Positions 38,220 to 48,477 are shown, counted from the first letter of the stretch. The stretch is DNA of 64,000 nt from Bacilli bacterium (GCA_024680795.1 JAILBR010000030.1:7594-71593), one strand, 5' to 3'. Numbers and translations: made by a program. The notes: a model not told the origin generated them from the letters alone.

Positions 38220-39563
38220 ATGAAAGTACATATCAGCGAACATTTTACCTATAAGAAGATATTCCACATTACGATTTTTCCAATCATAATGATGATTTTT
38301 ACTTCGCTATATTGGATAGTAGATGGAGTATGTGTTTCTAACTTCGCAAATGCCTCTAGCTTTGCTGCGGTTAACCTCGCTTTTCCTTTTATTGGTTTAT
38401 TAGGAGCGATTGGTTTTATGTTTGGCACTGGTGGTACTGCCTTAGTTTCTAAATTATTAGGTGAAAAGAAAGATGAAGAGGCTAATCAAGCTTTTTCATT
38501 TATCGTTTACTTCCTTATTGCTATCGGCATCGTTATTTCTATTGCTTTTTACTTCTCGGTAGAACCAATTATGGTGGCTATGGGAAGTATAACCGCTGAT
38601 TCAACCGAAGAAATGGTCAAAGAAGCGATATTATATGGCAAGATTCTCGCTCTTGCTCAGCCAGTATTTATGCTTCAATATCTCTTCCATTCATTTTTAA
38701 TGGTGGCAGAGAAGTCAAAATTAGGTTTAATCTTCACAATCAGTAGTGGAGTTACTAATATTGTTCTCGATATTTTGTTTATTGGAGTATTTAAATGGGG
38801 TGTTGCGGGGGCAGCATCTGCAACGATATGTGGATATCTAATAGGTGGGTTAGGACCTCTAATATACTTCTCTGTAAAAAGAGATGGCATTATTTATCTA
38901 GGAAAACCTAGTTTTAAAGCTAGTCATATTTATCGTTCAGCTTATAACGGTATGAGCGAATTTATTGCAAATATTGCCATGAATGTCGTATCAATTGTTT
39001 ATAATGCACAATTATTAAAGGCATATGGTGAACATGGTGTATCTGCTTATGGGGTCATCATGTATGTATCATTTGTGTTCTTTGCAGTATTCATAGGATA
39101 TTCGTTAGGCATAGCACCAGTTGTGGGTTATAACTACGGAGCACAAAATCGAGAAGAATTAAAGAATGTTTATCATAAAAGCTTATTTATAATCATCATC
39201 ACTAGTATCACCATGTTTGCTTTAGCGTTCTTTTCTGCTAAACCATTCTCATGGGCTTTTTCTGGTGGAAGTGAAGAACTATCTGAACTAGCGACACTAG
39301 GCTTAAGAATATATTCTGTGGCTTTCTTATTCTGTGGAATTTCTTCTTTTGCCTCTTCATTCTTTACAGCGTTAAATAATGGAACTGTCTCAGCAATTAT
39401 CTCGACAAGCAGGACGATGGTATTCCAAATTGTGTTTGTCTTCGTCCTTCCATTATTATTTGGTCCAGTTGGTATTTGGTGGTCAATTGTGGTAGGTGAA
39501 GCTTTATCCACACTTGTTTCTGTTATATTCCTAGCGTGTTTACATAAAAAATACGGCTATTAG
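38220..39563 (+). CDS. MATE-family efflux transporter
   Basis: 447 aa, 12 predicted TM helices, with the typical MATE N-terminal FPIIMMIFTSLYWIVDGVCVS-type sequence. Confidence 0.85.
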   Translation: MKVHISEHFTYKKIFHITIFPIIMMIFTSLYWIVDGVCVSNFANASSFAAVNLAFPFIGLLGAIGFMFGTGGTALVSKLLGEKKDEEANQAFSFIVYFLIAIGIVISIAFYFSVEPIMVAMGSITADSTEEMVKEAILYGKILALAQPVFMLQYLFHSFLMVAEKSKLGLIFTISSGVTNIVLDILFIGVFKWGVAGAASATICGYLIGGLGPLIYFSVKRDGIIYLGKPSFKASHIYRSAYNGMSEFIANIAMNVVSIVYNAQLLKAYGEHGVSAYGVIMYVSFVFFAVFIGYSLGIAPVVGYNYGAQNREELKNVYHKSLFIIIITSITMFALAFFSAKPFSWAFSGGSEELSELATLGLRIYSVAFLFCGISSFASSFFTALNNGTVSAIISTSRTMVFQIVFVFVLPLLFGPVGIWWSIVVGEALSTLVSVIFLACLHKKYGY

Positions 39564-39620
39564 TGAATAAACACTTTAATTTTAATTAATATTTTGATAT
39601 ATTCTTTGTTGCACTGAGTG

Positions 39621-39695
39621 GGACCCATAGCTCAAAGGAAGAGCCCTCCGCTCATAACGGAGTTGTTGTAGTGTCGGGATCTACTGGGTCCACCA
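39621..39695 (+). tRNA. tRNA with CAU anticodon (Met or Ile2/lysidine), atypical T-arm
   Basis: Manual fold: acceptor GGACCCA/TGGGTCC, discriminator A plus encoded CCA, D-arm GCTC-AAAGGAA-GAGC, anticodon arm CTCCG-CTCATAA-CGGAG. The T-arm is GTAGT-GTCGGGA-TCTAC, which has a U-U at the conserved 53:61 position and GTCGGGA in place of TTCRANT. Confidence 0.6.
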
Positions 39696-39699
39696 AGCT

Positions 39700-39791
39700 G
39701 GAGAATTACCCAAGTGGTTGAAGGGGCCGGTCTTGAAAACCGGAAGGGGGTGCATAGCCCCGCTAGGGTTCGAATCCCTAATTCTCCGCCA
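39700..39791 (+). tRNA. tRNA-Ser (UGA anticodon), class II with long variable arm
   Basis: Acceptor GGAGAAT/ATTCTCC, G discriminator plus CCA, anticodon arm CCGGT-CTTGAAA-ACCGG, long variable arm, canonical GGGTTCGAATCCC T-arm. Confidence 0.92.
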
Positions 39792-39803
39792 AAAATATGA
39801 AAT

Positions 39804-39834
39804 ACACGTATCCTCTGGAGCGTGTTTTTTATTT
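39804..39834 (+). terminator. Putative terminator of the tRNA pair
   Basis: ACACG-(TA TCC TCT GGA G)-CGTGT followed by TTTTTTATTTT. It lies inside the 5' extension of track ORF 39797. Confidence 0.5.
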
Positions 39835-39880
39835 TAAAATAGTTGATTATTTGTATAACAAAAGAGATGATATAAATGAT

Positions 39881-41422
39881 ATGGCTCTATTAAAAGTTAC
39901 TGGTTTAAAATTCAATTATTATGATAAAGAACTTTATGATGAAGTTTCTTTTCAACTTAACGATGAAGACCACGCTGTTTTAGTGGGCCAAAATGGTTCA
40001 GGTAAAACCACATTAATCGATATCATCACTTATAAACTTATTCCTGATAAAGGAAAGATTGAATGGGAACCACATGTCACCTATTCATATTTAGACCAGC
40101 ACTATAAAGTAAATGATAACTATACAGTTTTTGAATTCTTAAGCCAAATATATAAAGACTTATTCGATAAAGAAAAAGAGATGAATGAATACTATCTTAA
40201 AGGTAGTGATTTTTCTGATCCGAATTATGAAGAATATCTCGAGAAAGCAGAACAGATTAATCAATATTTGATTAGTAGAGATTTTTATCTTATCGAAACT
40301 GAAATAAAAAAGATTACTTGTGGGCTAGGAATCACTAACGACAAATTAGATTCCAAACTTATCAACCTCAGTAGTGGGCAAAGAGAAAAAGTCTATCTTG
40401 CTAAGATGTTATTAGAGAAAAACGATGTCTTACTTTTGGATGAACCTACTAACTATCTCGATGTTGAACATGTTGCTTGGCTAACTGATTATTTAAAAGC
40501 GTATCCAAAAGCCTTTTTAATCGTTTCCCACGATGAAGAATTCTTAAAGAATATCGCTAATGTGGTATTCCATCTCTCTAATAGAAGAATAGAAAGGTAT
40601 AAAGGTGACTATAATTATTTCCTCACTCAATCCGCGATTAGAAAAGAACAATATGAAAAAGACTACATCGCTCAACAACGATATATCAAAAAAGAAGAAG
40701 CATTCATTGCCGCCCATATTGTTAGAGCCACCAGTGCTCGAGCGGCGAAAAGTAGAAGAACTAGATTAAGTCACTTACAAAGGTTAGAAGCTCCATCTAA
40801 TGATACAAATAAAGTATTCTTTAGATTCCCATATTCTGGAGATATTGGTAATGATATTTTAGATGTGGAAGATTTGATTATTGGCTATGATAAGCCTTTA
40901 CTAAGTCCTATTTCTTTTTCTCTAAAGAAAGGTGATAGAATCGCAGTGATTGGTAAAAATGGTATTGGTAAATCTACTCTTATTAAAACATTATTAAATA
41001 TAATTCCTTCTTTAGGTGGATCTTTTACCTTTAATGAAAAGAAAAGGATTGGCTATTTTAGCCAAGTAGAAAATCCAGATTTATCTATTACCCCAGTTGA
41101 ACTCATTAAAAATGCTTATCCAAGCTTAAAACCTGGTGAGATAAGAAGTTTACTCGCTAAATGTGGAGTAAAATCTAATCTCGCGATTAAACCATTAAAA
41201 GAATTAAGCGGTGGAGAAGAAGCTAAATCTAGACTTTGTTTATTAACTATCGTTAAGACCAATATCTTAGTGCTAGACGAACCAACAAACCATTTAGATG
41301 TCATTGCAAAAGAATCACTTAAAAGAGCGATTGATGAATATGATGGAGTGGTCATTCTTGTTAGCCATGAAAAAGAATTCTACGAAGATATCGTCGATTA
41401 TATCATTCAACTTGATATATAG
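39881..41422 (+). CDS. ABC-F family ATPase (two ABC cassettes, no TM domain)
   Basis: Two Walker A sites (GQNGSGKTT, GKNGIGKST), two signatures (LSSGQREK, LSGGEEAK) and an inter-domain linker rich in K/R/E/Q. I moved the start to the ATG at 39881 (MALLKVTGL), downstream of the tRNA terminator. Confidence 0.88.
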   Translation: MALLKVTGLKFNYYDKELYDEVSFQLNDEDHAVLVGQNGSGKTTLIDIITYKLIPDKGKIEWEPHVTYSYLDQHYKVNDNYTVFEFLSQIYKDLFDKEKEMNEYYLKGSDFSDPNYEEYLEKAEQINQYLISRDFYLIETEIKKITCGLGITNDKLDSKLINLSSGQREKVYLAKMLLEKNDVLLLDEPTNYLDVEHVAWLTDYLKAYPKAFLIVSHDEEFLKNIANVVFHLSNRRIERYKGDYNYFLTQSAIRKEQYEKDYIAQQRYIKKEEAFIAAHIVRATSARAAKSRRTRLSHLQRLEAPSNDTNKVFFRFPYSGDIGNDILDVEDLIIGYDKPLLSPISFSLKKGDRIAVIGKNGIGKSTLIKTLLNIIPSLGGSFTFNEKKRIGYFSQVENPDLSITPVELIKNAYPSLKPGEIRSLLAKCGVKSNLAIKPLKELSGGEEAKSRLCLLTIVKTNILVLDEPTNHLDVIAKESLKRAIDEYDGVVILVSHEKEFYEDIVDYIIQLDI

Positions 41423-41505
41423 AATGCCTAGAATAATGCAGGATTTTCTTTTATATCACTACAAAAATTGTTATCATTTTTCTAAGAAAAAGAAGGTAAA
41501 TCTAT

Positions 41506-42681
41506 ATGAGAGATGATTTTAAAATCATCATAAAAAGTTTTGATGACAAGAAAATAAAATTAAAAGCCTCTAATTCCGTTTCAAAAGATGACTTTAAGGA
41601 TATAAAAAAAGGGATTAAAGAACTAGCAATTACTAATGGACCAACTAGAATTGAAAATAATGCTTTACGTAATCGCCAAAGCATGAAAAAAGTCGAACTA
41701 GCGGACTCCATTGAATATATCGGTGATAAAGCTTTTTATAACTGCAAAGAACTAGAAGATATTTATTTACCAGAAAACTTATCTTATGTCTCTTTAGATG
41801 CCTTTTATCTATGTAAATCATTAAAATTTAATGAATATGAAAATGGACAATATTTAGGAAGTAAAAATAATCCATACCTTCTTTTAATGAATGTTATCGA
41901 TGGTGAAGTAGAAGAATTTAATATCCATCCAGATTGCCGTTTTATCTTTGCTTTATTTGCAGGAACCAAAATTAAAGAGATTAATATCCCTAGCAAAGTA
42001 AAAGAGATTCATGATATCGCTTTTGGGATTGGAACGTCTTTAGAAAAGATTAATGTCGATAAAGATAATCCATATTTCTTAAGTGAAGATGGAGTTTTAT
42101 ATAGCAAAGATAAAAAAACATTGCTCGCTATCCCATATTTAAGAAAAGAGCCATATATCATTCCTATAGAAGTGGAAAATATAGAATGTAAACCATTTGG
42201 TTATCCGTACTTAAACTACAACACTTCTAATCGTGTTTACTATTTAGCTAAAAAAGATAATCCATTTTTCCTTTGTGTGGGTGGAAATCTCTCTGATGAA
42301 AAAGAAATTAAGCTTGAAAACGGAACGGAAATCATCGGCCCAAATGCCTTCGTTAGCTCTGATTATAGTGTAGAAAAGATTACTTTCCCTAATTCAGTAA
42401 AAGTCATTTCCAAGAATGCCTTTCTTAAATGTTGGCTTAAAGAAGTTAACCTCAATGACGGGTTAGAGTATATTGGAGAAAACGCCTTTTTAAGAACGAC
42501 ACACGTTAAAGAATATAAGTTATATCCATCGATAAAAGAAATCGGTTCAAAAGCGTTTGATGCAGATGATATGTATATGAATGCGTTATTCCTTTTTATG
42601 GGAAATGAAGGGCAGTTTAACAAAATAAAATTAGGTGAATCCGCTCTTAAGATGAAGAATGTTAAGTTCATGGAGGAATAG
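41506..42681 (+). CDS. BspA-type leucine-rich-repeat protein
   Basis: Repeated IxxIGxxAFxxCxxL units (IEYIGDKAFYNCKELEDIYLP, IHDIAFGIGTSLEKINV, LEYIGENAFLRTTHV). No obvious signal peptide. Confidence 0.8.
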   Translation: MRDDFKIIIKSFDDKKIKLKASNSVSKDDFKDIKKGIKELAITNGPTRIENNALRNRQSMKKVELADSIEYIGDKAFYNCKELEDIYLPENLSYVSLDAFYLCKSLKFNEYENGQYLGSKNNPYLLLMNVIDGEVEEFNIHPDCRFIFALFAGTKIKEINIPSKVKEIHDIAFGIGTSLEKINVDKDNPYFLSEDGVLYSKDKKTLLAIPYLRKEPYIIPIEVENIECKPFGYPYLNYNTSNRVYYLAKKDNPFFLCVGGNLSDEKEIKLENGTEIIGPNAFVSSDYSVEKITFPNSVKVISKNAFLKCWLKEVNLNDGLEYIGENAFLRTTHVKEYKLYPSIKEIGSKAFDADDMYMNALFLFMGNEGQFNKIKLGESALKMKNVKFMEE

Positions 42682-42685
42682 GGAA

Positions 42686-43246
42686 ATGAAAGATTTATAT
42701 TTACATCTCTATATTAGAAATCATGATGACTCTATAACTTATGAAGCGGATATAAAAGTCGATGATTATAGCCTTGATCTTCCATGTAGTGGCAGACTTT
42801 CAATCAGAAAGATTGATGAAGATGGCACCATCCATGAAGGAATTAACAATGTTATTTATTTAAATAAACCATTTTTTAGGAATGGCTATGATGCGGATTA
42901 CATCATCATCTCCTATTTCAAAGAGCCAGATGTGATGAAGAAGGTTACTGGTATCAATATTTCTGAATGGCATAGTTACGAAGATAATAGAGAAACTGAA
43001 TCAGAAAGATATGTGGTTGACTTTATAAATCAAACATTTGAATCGCATATCAATAATTATAAAGTTGAAATAAGAGTGATTAGTGAGATTGCTTGCGAAA
43101 TCAATATTGATGGCAAATTACTTGGAGAATTAAATCCATTTAAACACCTTATTTTTAAAGACACAGCAAAATACGCGCTTAGAAATACTGAAGATAGTGT
43201 TTTAGAATTCGGAAAAGAAATCTATTTCACAATGTCTTACGAATAA
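42686..43246 (+). CDS. Hypothetical protein
   Basis: ORF with GGAGGA 8 nt upstream of the ATG at 42686 (the track ORF begins at 42659). I recognise no motif. Confidence 0.55.
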   Translation: MKDLYLHLYIRNHDDSITYEADIKVDDYSLDLPCSGRLSIRKIDEDGTIHEGINNVIYLNKPFFRNGYDADYIIISYFKEPDVMKKVTGINISEWHSYEDNRETESERYVVDFINQTFESHINNYKVEIRVISEIACEINIDGKLLGELNPFKHLIFKDTAKYALRNTEDSVLEFGKEIYFTMSYE

Positions 43247-43286
43247 ACTTGTTTAAAAACAAAAGTCATATATAATAGTTAGCATT

Positions 43287-43967
43287 ATGGTTAAGAATCT
43301 TTCACTTACCTTTTTAAAAGGAATCCTCGCTGGTTTATCAATTGGACTAGGCGGATTTTTATATATCCTCATGGTCCATTATGTACCAGGAGAATTAGGA
43401 AAAGTTTTAGGAAGCCTCCTTTTTGCTGTAGGCCTATTCTTAGTTTGCACATTTAAATTTCATCTCTATACTGGAAAAATCGGTGTGATTTATGAAGGTA
43501 AACAAAGTTTAGAATTCTATTTATCTTTACCAATTATGTTAATCGGTAATGCGATAGGTGCGTTTGGATTAGGTTATATTTGCTACTTCATTTTTAAAGA
43601 TACAGAAGTGATGAATACAGTAATCAATACATGTCAAATTAGAACCAATCTTGCGACATTTAACGACTATCTTGGTTTATTTATCAAGTCTATGCTATGT
43701 GGATTATGCGTATATATCGCCGTTAAATGTTTCAATCTCAATAGGTTAAAACCTTTAGGTATTGGCTTATTAGTACTATTTGTCTTTATCTTTGTTTATT
43801 CTGGATTTCAACACTGTATCGCCAATATGTTCTATTTCGGATTTGGCAACCATATAAGTGGTCTAACATTTGTTAATCTCTTATTCTGCATATTGTTCAA
43901 TTCTATTGGACCAATTTTTGGAGTTTGGATTTTTAAATTATTCTCAAAAGTAAATAATACAAAGTAA
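43287..43967 (+). CDS. Formate/nitrite transporter (FNT) family membrane protein
   Basis: Six hydrophobic helices and the FNT-type SGFQHCIANMFYF motif. Confidence 0.8.
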   Translation: MVKNLSLTFLKGILAGLSIGLGGFLYILMVHYVPGELGKVLGSLLFAVGLFLVCTFKFHLYTGKIGVIYEGKQSLEFYLSLPIMLIGNAIGAFGLGYICYFIFKDTEVMNTVINTCQIRTNLATFNDYLGLFIKSMLCGLCVYIAVKCFNLNRLKPLGIGLLVLFVFIFVYSGFQHCIANMFYFGFGNHISGLTFVNLLFCILFNSIGPIFGVWIFKLFSKVNNTK

Positions 43968-44051
43968 AAAAGTAGTGAAAAACACTATCTTTTTTCTAGC
44001 AAAATAAACTAAACATATATATCTTATATAAGACAAAAGGAGAGAAAAACT

Positions 44052-45029
44052 ATGACAAATTTTCAAGTTTATAGAAAAACATTATCGTTCTCACTTTTAG
44101 AATTCTTGGTCGACATGTTCGCTCTTGCAGTTTTAGCAGGATGTTGTACAGCAGGTTTCTTTATCGCTGATAACACCCCATCAAGTAGAGCGTTAATCGG
44201 TTTAGTTATCGGCTTAGTAGTGGGTATCATCCTTGATGTCCTCATCAGTGTCTTTATCTCTAACCGTATCAAGGCCGCTCAAATCGCCATGATGACTAAA
44301 GGTGTCACTGAAGATGAATTACCAGATCACCCATTCCACGCTGGCTTTCAAGAAATCAGAGGAAGATTTGGTGCGATTACTGCCTTCTTCTTTATCACCA
44401 ATGCGATTAAAGGAATCTTTAGAGAATTAGGTAGAGCAATCAATCAACTTGGTACCGCGATCGGTGGTGATGTCGGTAATGGCATTACTTCTGCGATTGA
44501 CTCCGCTGTCCAAACCTTAATTAGCTATCTATGTGACTGTTGCTTAGGATGGATTTTATTCCGTAAAGATGTCATCGCTGCTAAAGCAGGATGTGAAGGT
44601 GCAGTTATCTTCTTTAAACACGGTAAGACTTTAGCTAGAAATGTCGGAAGAATCTTCGGCATGGGCTTCTTATCGCTTCTCATCATCGGTGGTGGATTCT
44701 TCGGCTTATCATATTGGATTTTCACTTTATATCCAGGCATGTTTGAAAGACTTATTGCAGAAATTTCTGATTTAATTACTAGAAATGGTGGAACAGTTCC
44801 TGAATTATTCCAAAACACAACTTTCACAATGCTTCTTATCGCTGGTATTGTCGGTATCATCATTTGGGGAATCTTACATAGTGTGCTTATTCGTCCATTT
44901 ATCTTAACAGGCGTATTACGTAACTTTATGGCCGCTGGTATTAAAGATATTCCAACTGAACAAGACTTTGCCGAACTTGATAGTAAATCATCTAGATTCG
45001 CTAAACTACATAAGAGTTATAAGAATTAG
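44052..45029 (+). CDS. Hypothetical polytopic membrane protein
   Basis: 325-aa ORF with several long hydrophobic segments and a good RBS (AAAGGAGAG) upstream. Confidence 0.6.
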   Translation: MTNFQVYRKTLSFSLLEFLVDMFALAVLAGCCTAGFFIADNTPSSRALIGLVIGLVVGIILDVLISVFISNRIKAAQIAMMTKGVTEDELPDHPFHAGFQEIRGRFGAITAFFFITNAIKGIFRELGRAINQLGTAIGGDVGNGITSAIDSAVQTLISYLCDCCLGWILFRKDVIAAKAGCEGAVIFFKHGKTLARNVGRIFGMGFLSLLIIGGGFFGLSYWIFTLYPGMFERLIAEISDLITRNGGTVPELFQNTTFTMLLIAGIVGIIIWGILHSVLIRPFILTGVLRNFMAAGIKDIPTEQDFAELDSKSSRFAKLHKSYKN

Positions 45030-45108
45030 TTAAGATTGATAAACAATATTTTATCTTCAAAAATAGTTCCCAATAGATGTAGAATAAATCTATTAGGAGC
45101 TTTTTTAT

Positions 45109-48100
45109 ATGAGAAAGACTACATTAGCAGTTTTAGCAGTGTCTACACTTGCTACTTTAGGTTTGGCTGTTGCGTATTTAGTAAAAACCGAACCAGATGT
45201 CTCTGTAAGTAGAACTTACGCAAATCCAGAATATGGATGTGCCCTTCCAGATAGTACTTATATGGAAATAGGTGATTTATGTGCCCTTTCTAGTGGCACC
45301 ACAAATCCAAAAACTATTAGAGGTACAGTTACTAGAAGTACAAGTGACATGACATATATTCAACGTGTCAATCAACAAACACATCGACTCGATGCGATAT
45401 CAGTTTATAACCTTGGAAGAAGTTATACTCCAGGTAATGTCCTAGATATTAGTGGTGGAACCTTAATGAAAACTAATGGTGTTCCATCGTTAAATGCGAC
45501 CGGAGCAGAAGTTGATGTAGCGTATTCAGTTAACACAACTGGTTATGATCCAACTTTATATGACTCAGTGGGTGATTTTGTTAGCCATAGTCACGATAAC
45601 ACTTATGCATATTCCCACTATGTGGAGTTACATAATGCAAAAGTGGAGTATGAAGTTGGTAGTGATACCGTCTTCACCTTGTCCGATATCTCAAATTCTT
45701 CTATCCGTATGGCGGGAGAAGCAACCACAGATGATATAAAAACCGCTCTTGATGATTATTATTTAAGAGGAAGTAACCTCTCCATTAAAGGTGTCTTATA
45801 TAAGAATGGTGACACAGATGTTTTGCGTATTGTTGATGAAAATGATATCGATATCTATGATTCACCACTTAGATGGGGACAAGATACCACCATCTTACAA
45901 GCGTGGAACTGGTCAATAAGCAATATCGATGCTCAACTTGATAATATCAAGAATGCTGGATTTAAGACCATTCAAGTCTCCCCATTACAACCTCAAAAAG
46001 ATAAGGATTCAGATGATACATGGCAACAAGGCTGGTGGAAATTATATCAACCATATGCCTTTAAAGTATCTGATAGCAGTAATGAAACTACAATCGGCAC
46101 TAAAGACGATTTAACCGATTTATGTGCTCACGCTAAAGAACGTGGTATCAATATTATTGTTGATGTTGTCGCTAATCACCTCGCTGGTGGCACAGGTACA
46201 TCATTCCACTCTAGAGTTGTTGATTATGATTCTGAACTAGCTAATACCGCAAATGTTATCCATACATATGGACCAATGAATGATTCTCAACAAGGAACCG
46301 TCCAAGGCCACTTTGTTGGATATCCAGATTTAAATACAAGTTTATCAATCGTTCAAGAGCGTGTAATCGATATGCTTGAGGATTATATTGACTGTGGCGT
46401 GAGAGGATTTAGATTTGACGCTGCTAAACATATCGAAACTCCAAGTGATGGTGAATATGCCTCTGATTTCTGGAGCAATGTTACTACTTCAATTGATACA
46501 TATTCTCAATCCACCAAAGGATATACAACATATAAATATGGTGAAATCTTAGGAGCAGGAAACGACAGATGGCCAAGTTGGTATAACGACTATATGTCTT
46601 CTTCTTCCGCAGAAACTAGAAAATACATCAATGGTGTTCAAGCTGGAAGCGTTGACGGAATTGATGGCGGTTATGGTTATGATATGCCTGCTGATAAGAG
46701 TGTTCTCTGGCCAGAAAGCCACGATGATTTTAAAGCTGAATTTGAAGCTGGGACCACTAAAGACCAATTCAATATTAATAAAGCCTACGCAATGCAAGCT
46801 AGTAGAGCAGGCGCTGCTACACTTTATTTAGCTAGACCAACAGATGGCAACACTAAGATGGGACAAATCGGTTCCATGGCCTTTAGCACTGACGCAGTCG
46901 TTAGAGCAAGTAATATCTTCCATAACGAACTATATAACGCCACTGAATATCTAAGAAGAGAAAATGGCTATTATATCAATATCAGAAAAGGTAGCGAGAG
47001 ATATGGCGCAATGATTGTCAATGTCGGTGGCAGTGGCAGTGGTTCCATTAACTTAAATACATATAACGCGAATAGTATTCCTGATGGTGAATATTATGAC
47101 TTAGCCAATAACCGCACTGTCACAGTAGCGGGTGGTTATGTCCAAGCTAATTTTGGTGATACCGCAGTTATGGCTCTCTTAAGAGTGGAAAAATCTGGCA
47201 CTGAAATCACTTCTGGATATGGTTTAAAAATCAATAGCCGTCCAATCCTTGCAGTTGATCAAGGAACTCAAGACTACCAAGGTAGACAGCAATATAAGAT
47301 TATTAGACAACACTTCGATGAAGGTGATGAATTCACATTATATGACTTCTCTAATAAAGCAACCTGGACAATTGATGTCGATGGTTATTCCTTTGGAGGA
47401 GGAAGTGATGATGATACAACATGGCAATCTTACTTTAGTAAAACAAATACAAAATATACAGTCTTACAAGACTTTGACGCAGATGTATATATCAAGATTA
47501 AAAACCAAGATGACAAGATTTACTTTGACCTTCAAGGTTTATCGGTGAGTAAGTCATCAACTAGTTTATTGCCTGGTGGCACTGATACGATAACAGTTTC
47601 TCATTATGCAGGTTCATATACTGCGACTAGTAGAAATACTAATGTCGCCACTGTTGCTAAAGCAGGTGATACAATCACTATCACTGCCGTAGCGGCGGGT
47701 TCTACCGTAATAGATGTCACTGATGGAGTAGCGCCAAAAGAGATAGAGGTCACTGTTGATCCATATTTAAACTTATATAAAATGCACTTAAATTCTTCTG
47801 ACCATAATTTAACTGGTAAGAATGAAAATACAGAATATTACATCACCGAAGTTGAACTAGCGGTTAATGATGAATTATGTTTCTACCTAGGTAGTAGTGC
47901 GAATTGCTATGGCTACGCAGATATCAAACCATCTTCACCAGCGAAAGCTAATTTTGTTAACTCTGGTGGAAAGATTAGAGTATCTACCGCTGGAACATAT
48001 GATTTCTATGTCAAAGTTGAAGCAGATGAAAGTGGTACAGATGAAGGTAAGAGAATCTATATTATGGAAACTCCAGCTGAGCCTGAACCAGAACCTTCAA

Positions 48101-48384
48101 CAAAAACTATCCCGCTCAGTTTAGGCGCTTGGGGAAATGGAGCTGATACATACGCTTGGGTATGGGGAGCTGGTGTTAGCAGTCAATGGGTTAAAGCTGT
48201 TAACAACCAATTAGTAGTGCCAGAGGGTGTCACAGGTCTTAAATTAGTTAGAATGGAGTCAGATACAGATCCAAGTTTTGATACAAACTGGAACGAAACC
48301 GGAGATTTGACTTATCAAGCAAGCAAAACATTAACATTCACTAGTTGGGGTTCTGGGAAATTAGCCAACTTCAACTGGCAATAG
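45109..48384 (+). CDS. Cell-surface alpha-amylase (GH13) with Big_2 and C-terminal carbohydrate-binding-like domains
   Basis: GH13 conserved regions IIVDVVANHLA (I), GFRFDAAKHIE (II), YGEILG (III) and WPESHDD (IV). Has an N-terminal signal anchor and a Big_2-like segment (TDTITVSHYAGSYTATSRNTNVATVAKAGDTITITAVAAGSTVIDV). Confidence 0.9.
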   Translation: MRKTTLAVLAVSTLATLGLAVAYLVKTEPDVSVSRTYANPEYGCALPDSTYMEIGDLCALSSGTTNPKTIRGTVTRSTSDMTYIQRVNQQTHRLDAISVYNLGRSYTPGNVLDISGGTLMKTNGVPSLNATGAEVDVAYSVNTTGYDPTLYDSVGDFVSHSHDNTYAYSHYVELHNAKVEYEVGSDTVFTLSDISNSSIRMAGEATTDDIKTALDDYYLRGSNLSIKGVLYKNGDTDVLRIVDENDIDIYDSPLRWGQDTTILQAWNWSISNIDAQLDNIKNAGFKTIQVSPLQPQKDKDSDDTWQQGWWKLYQPYAFKVSDSSNETTIGTKDDLTDLCAHAKERGINIIVDVVANHLAGGTGTSFHSRVVDYDSELANTANVIHTYGPMNDSQQGTVQGHFVGYPDLNTSLSIVQERVIDMLEDYIDCGVRGFRFDAAKHIETPSDGEYASDFWSNVTTSIDTYSQSTKGYTTYKYGEILGAGNDRWPSWYNDYMSSSSAETRKYINGVQAGSVDGIDGGYGYDMPADKSVLWPESHDDFKAEFEAGTTKDQFNINKAYAMQASRAGAATLYLARPTDGNTKMGQIGSMAFSTDAVVRASNIFHNELYNATEYLRRENGYYINIRKGSERYGAMIVNVGGSGSGSINLNTYNANSIPDGEYYDLANNRTVTVAGGYVQANFGDTAVMALLRVEKSGTEITSGYGLKINSRPILAVDQGTQDYQGRQQYKIIRQHFDEGDEFTLYDFSNKATWTIDVDGYSFGGGSDDDTTWQSYFSKTNTKYTVLQDFDADVYIKIKNQDDKIYFDLQGLSVSKSSTSLLPGGTDTITVSHYAGSYTATSRNTNVATVAKAGDTITITAVAAGSTVIDVTDGVAPKEIEVTVDPYLNLYKMHLNSSDHNLTGKNENTEYYITEVELAVNDELCFYLGSSANCYGYADIKPSSPAKANFVNSGGKIRVSTAGTYDFYVKVEADESGTDEGKRIYIMETPAEPEPEPSTKTIPLSLGAWGNGADTYAWVWGAGVSSQWVKAVNNQLVVPEGVTGLKLVRMESDTDPSFDTNWNETGDLTYQASKTLTFTSWGSGKLANFNWQ

Positions 48385-48400
48385 TTACAAATAAGAAAAT

Positions 48401-48434
48401 GCCATCACAAAGTAGTGGTGGCTTTTTATTTTAT
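48401..48434. terminator. Rho-independent terminator after the amylase gene
   Basis: GCCATCAC-AAAGTA-GTGGTGGC (one G-U pair) followed by TTTTTATTTT. Confidence 0.7.
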
Positions 48435-48443
48435 AAAAAGATT

Positions 48444-48477
48444 TTAACAAACTTTTTAATTATGTTTGTTGTTAAAA
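48444..48477. repeat. Left copy of 34-bp direct repeat flanking the HipA-like gene
   Basis: TTAACAAACTTTTTAATTATGTTTGTTGTTAAAA. Contains the inverted half-sites AACAAAC/GTTTGTT and overlaps the gene's stop codon (48472-48474). Confidence 0.9.

Noticed and set aside
39621-39791. tRNA pair as an integration site for a genomic island
   Set aside because: There is no integrase and no direct repeat of the tRNA 3' end. The flanking genes (MATE, ABC-F) look like ordinary chromosomal genes.
39797-39880. N-terminal extension of the ABC-F ORF, starting 6 nt after tRNA-Ser
   Set aside because: The extension contains the terminator-like hairpin and T-run of the tRNA pair. It encodes a non-conserved peptide, whereas ABC-F homologues begin close to the MALLKV... 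sequence. I used the start at 39881.
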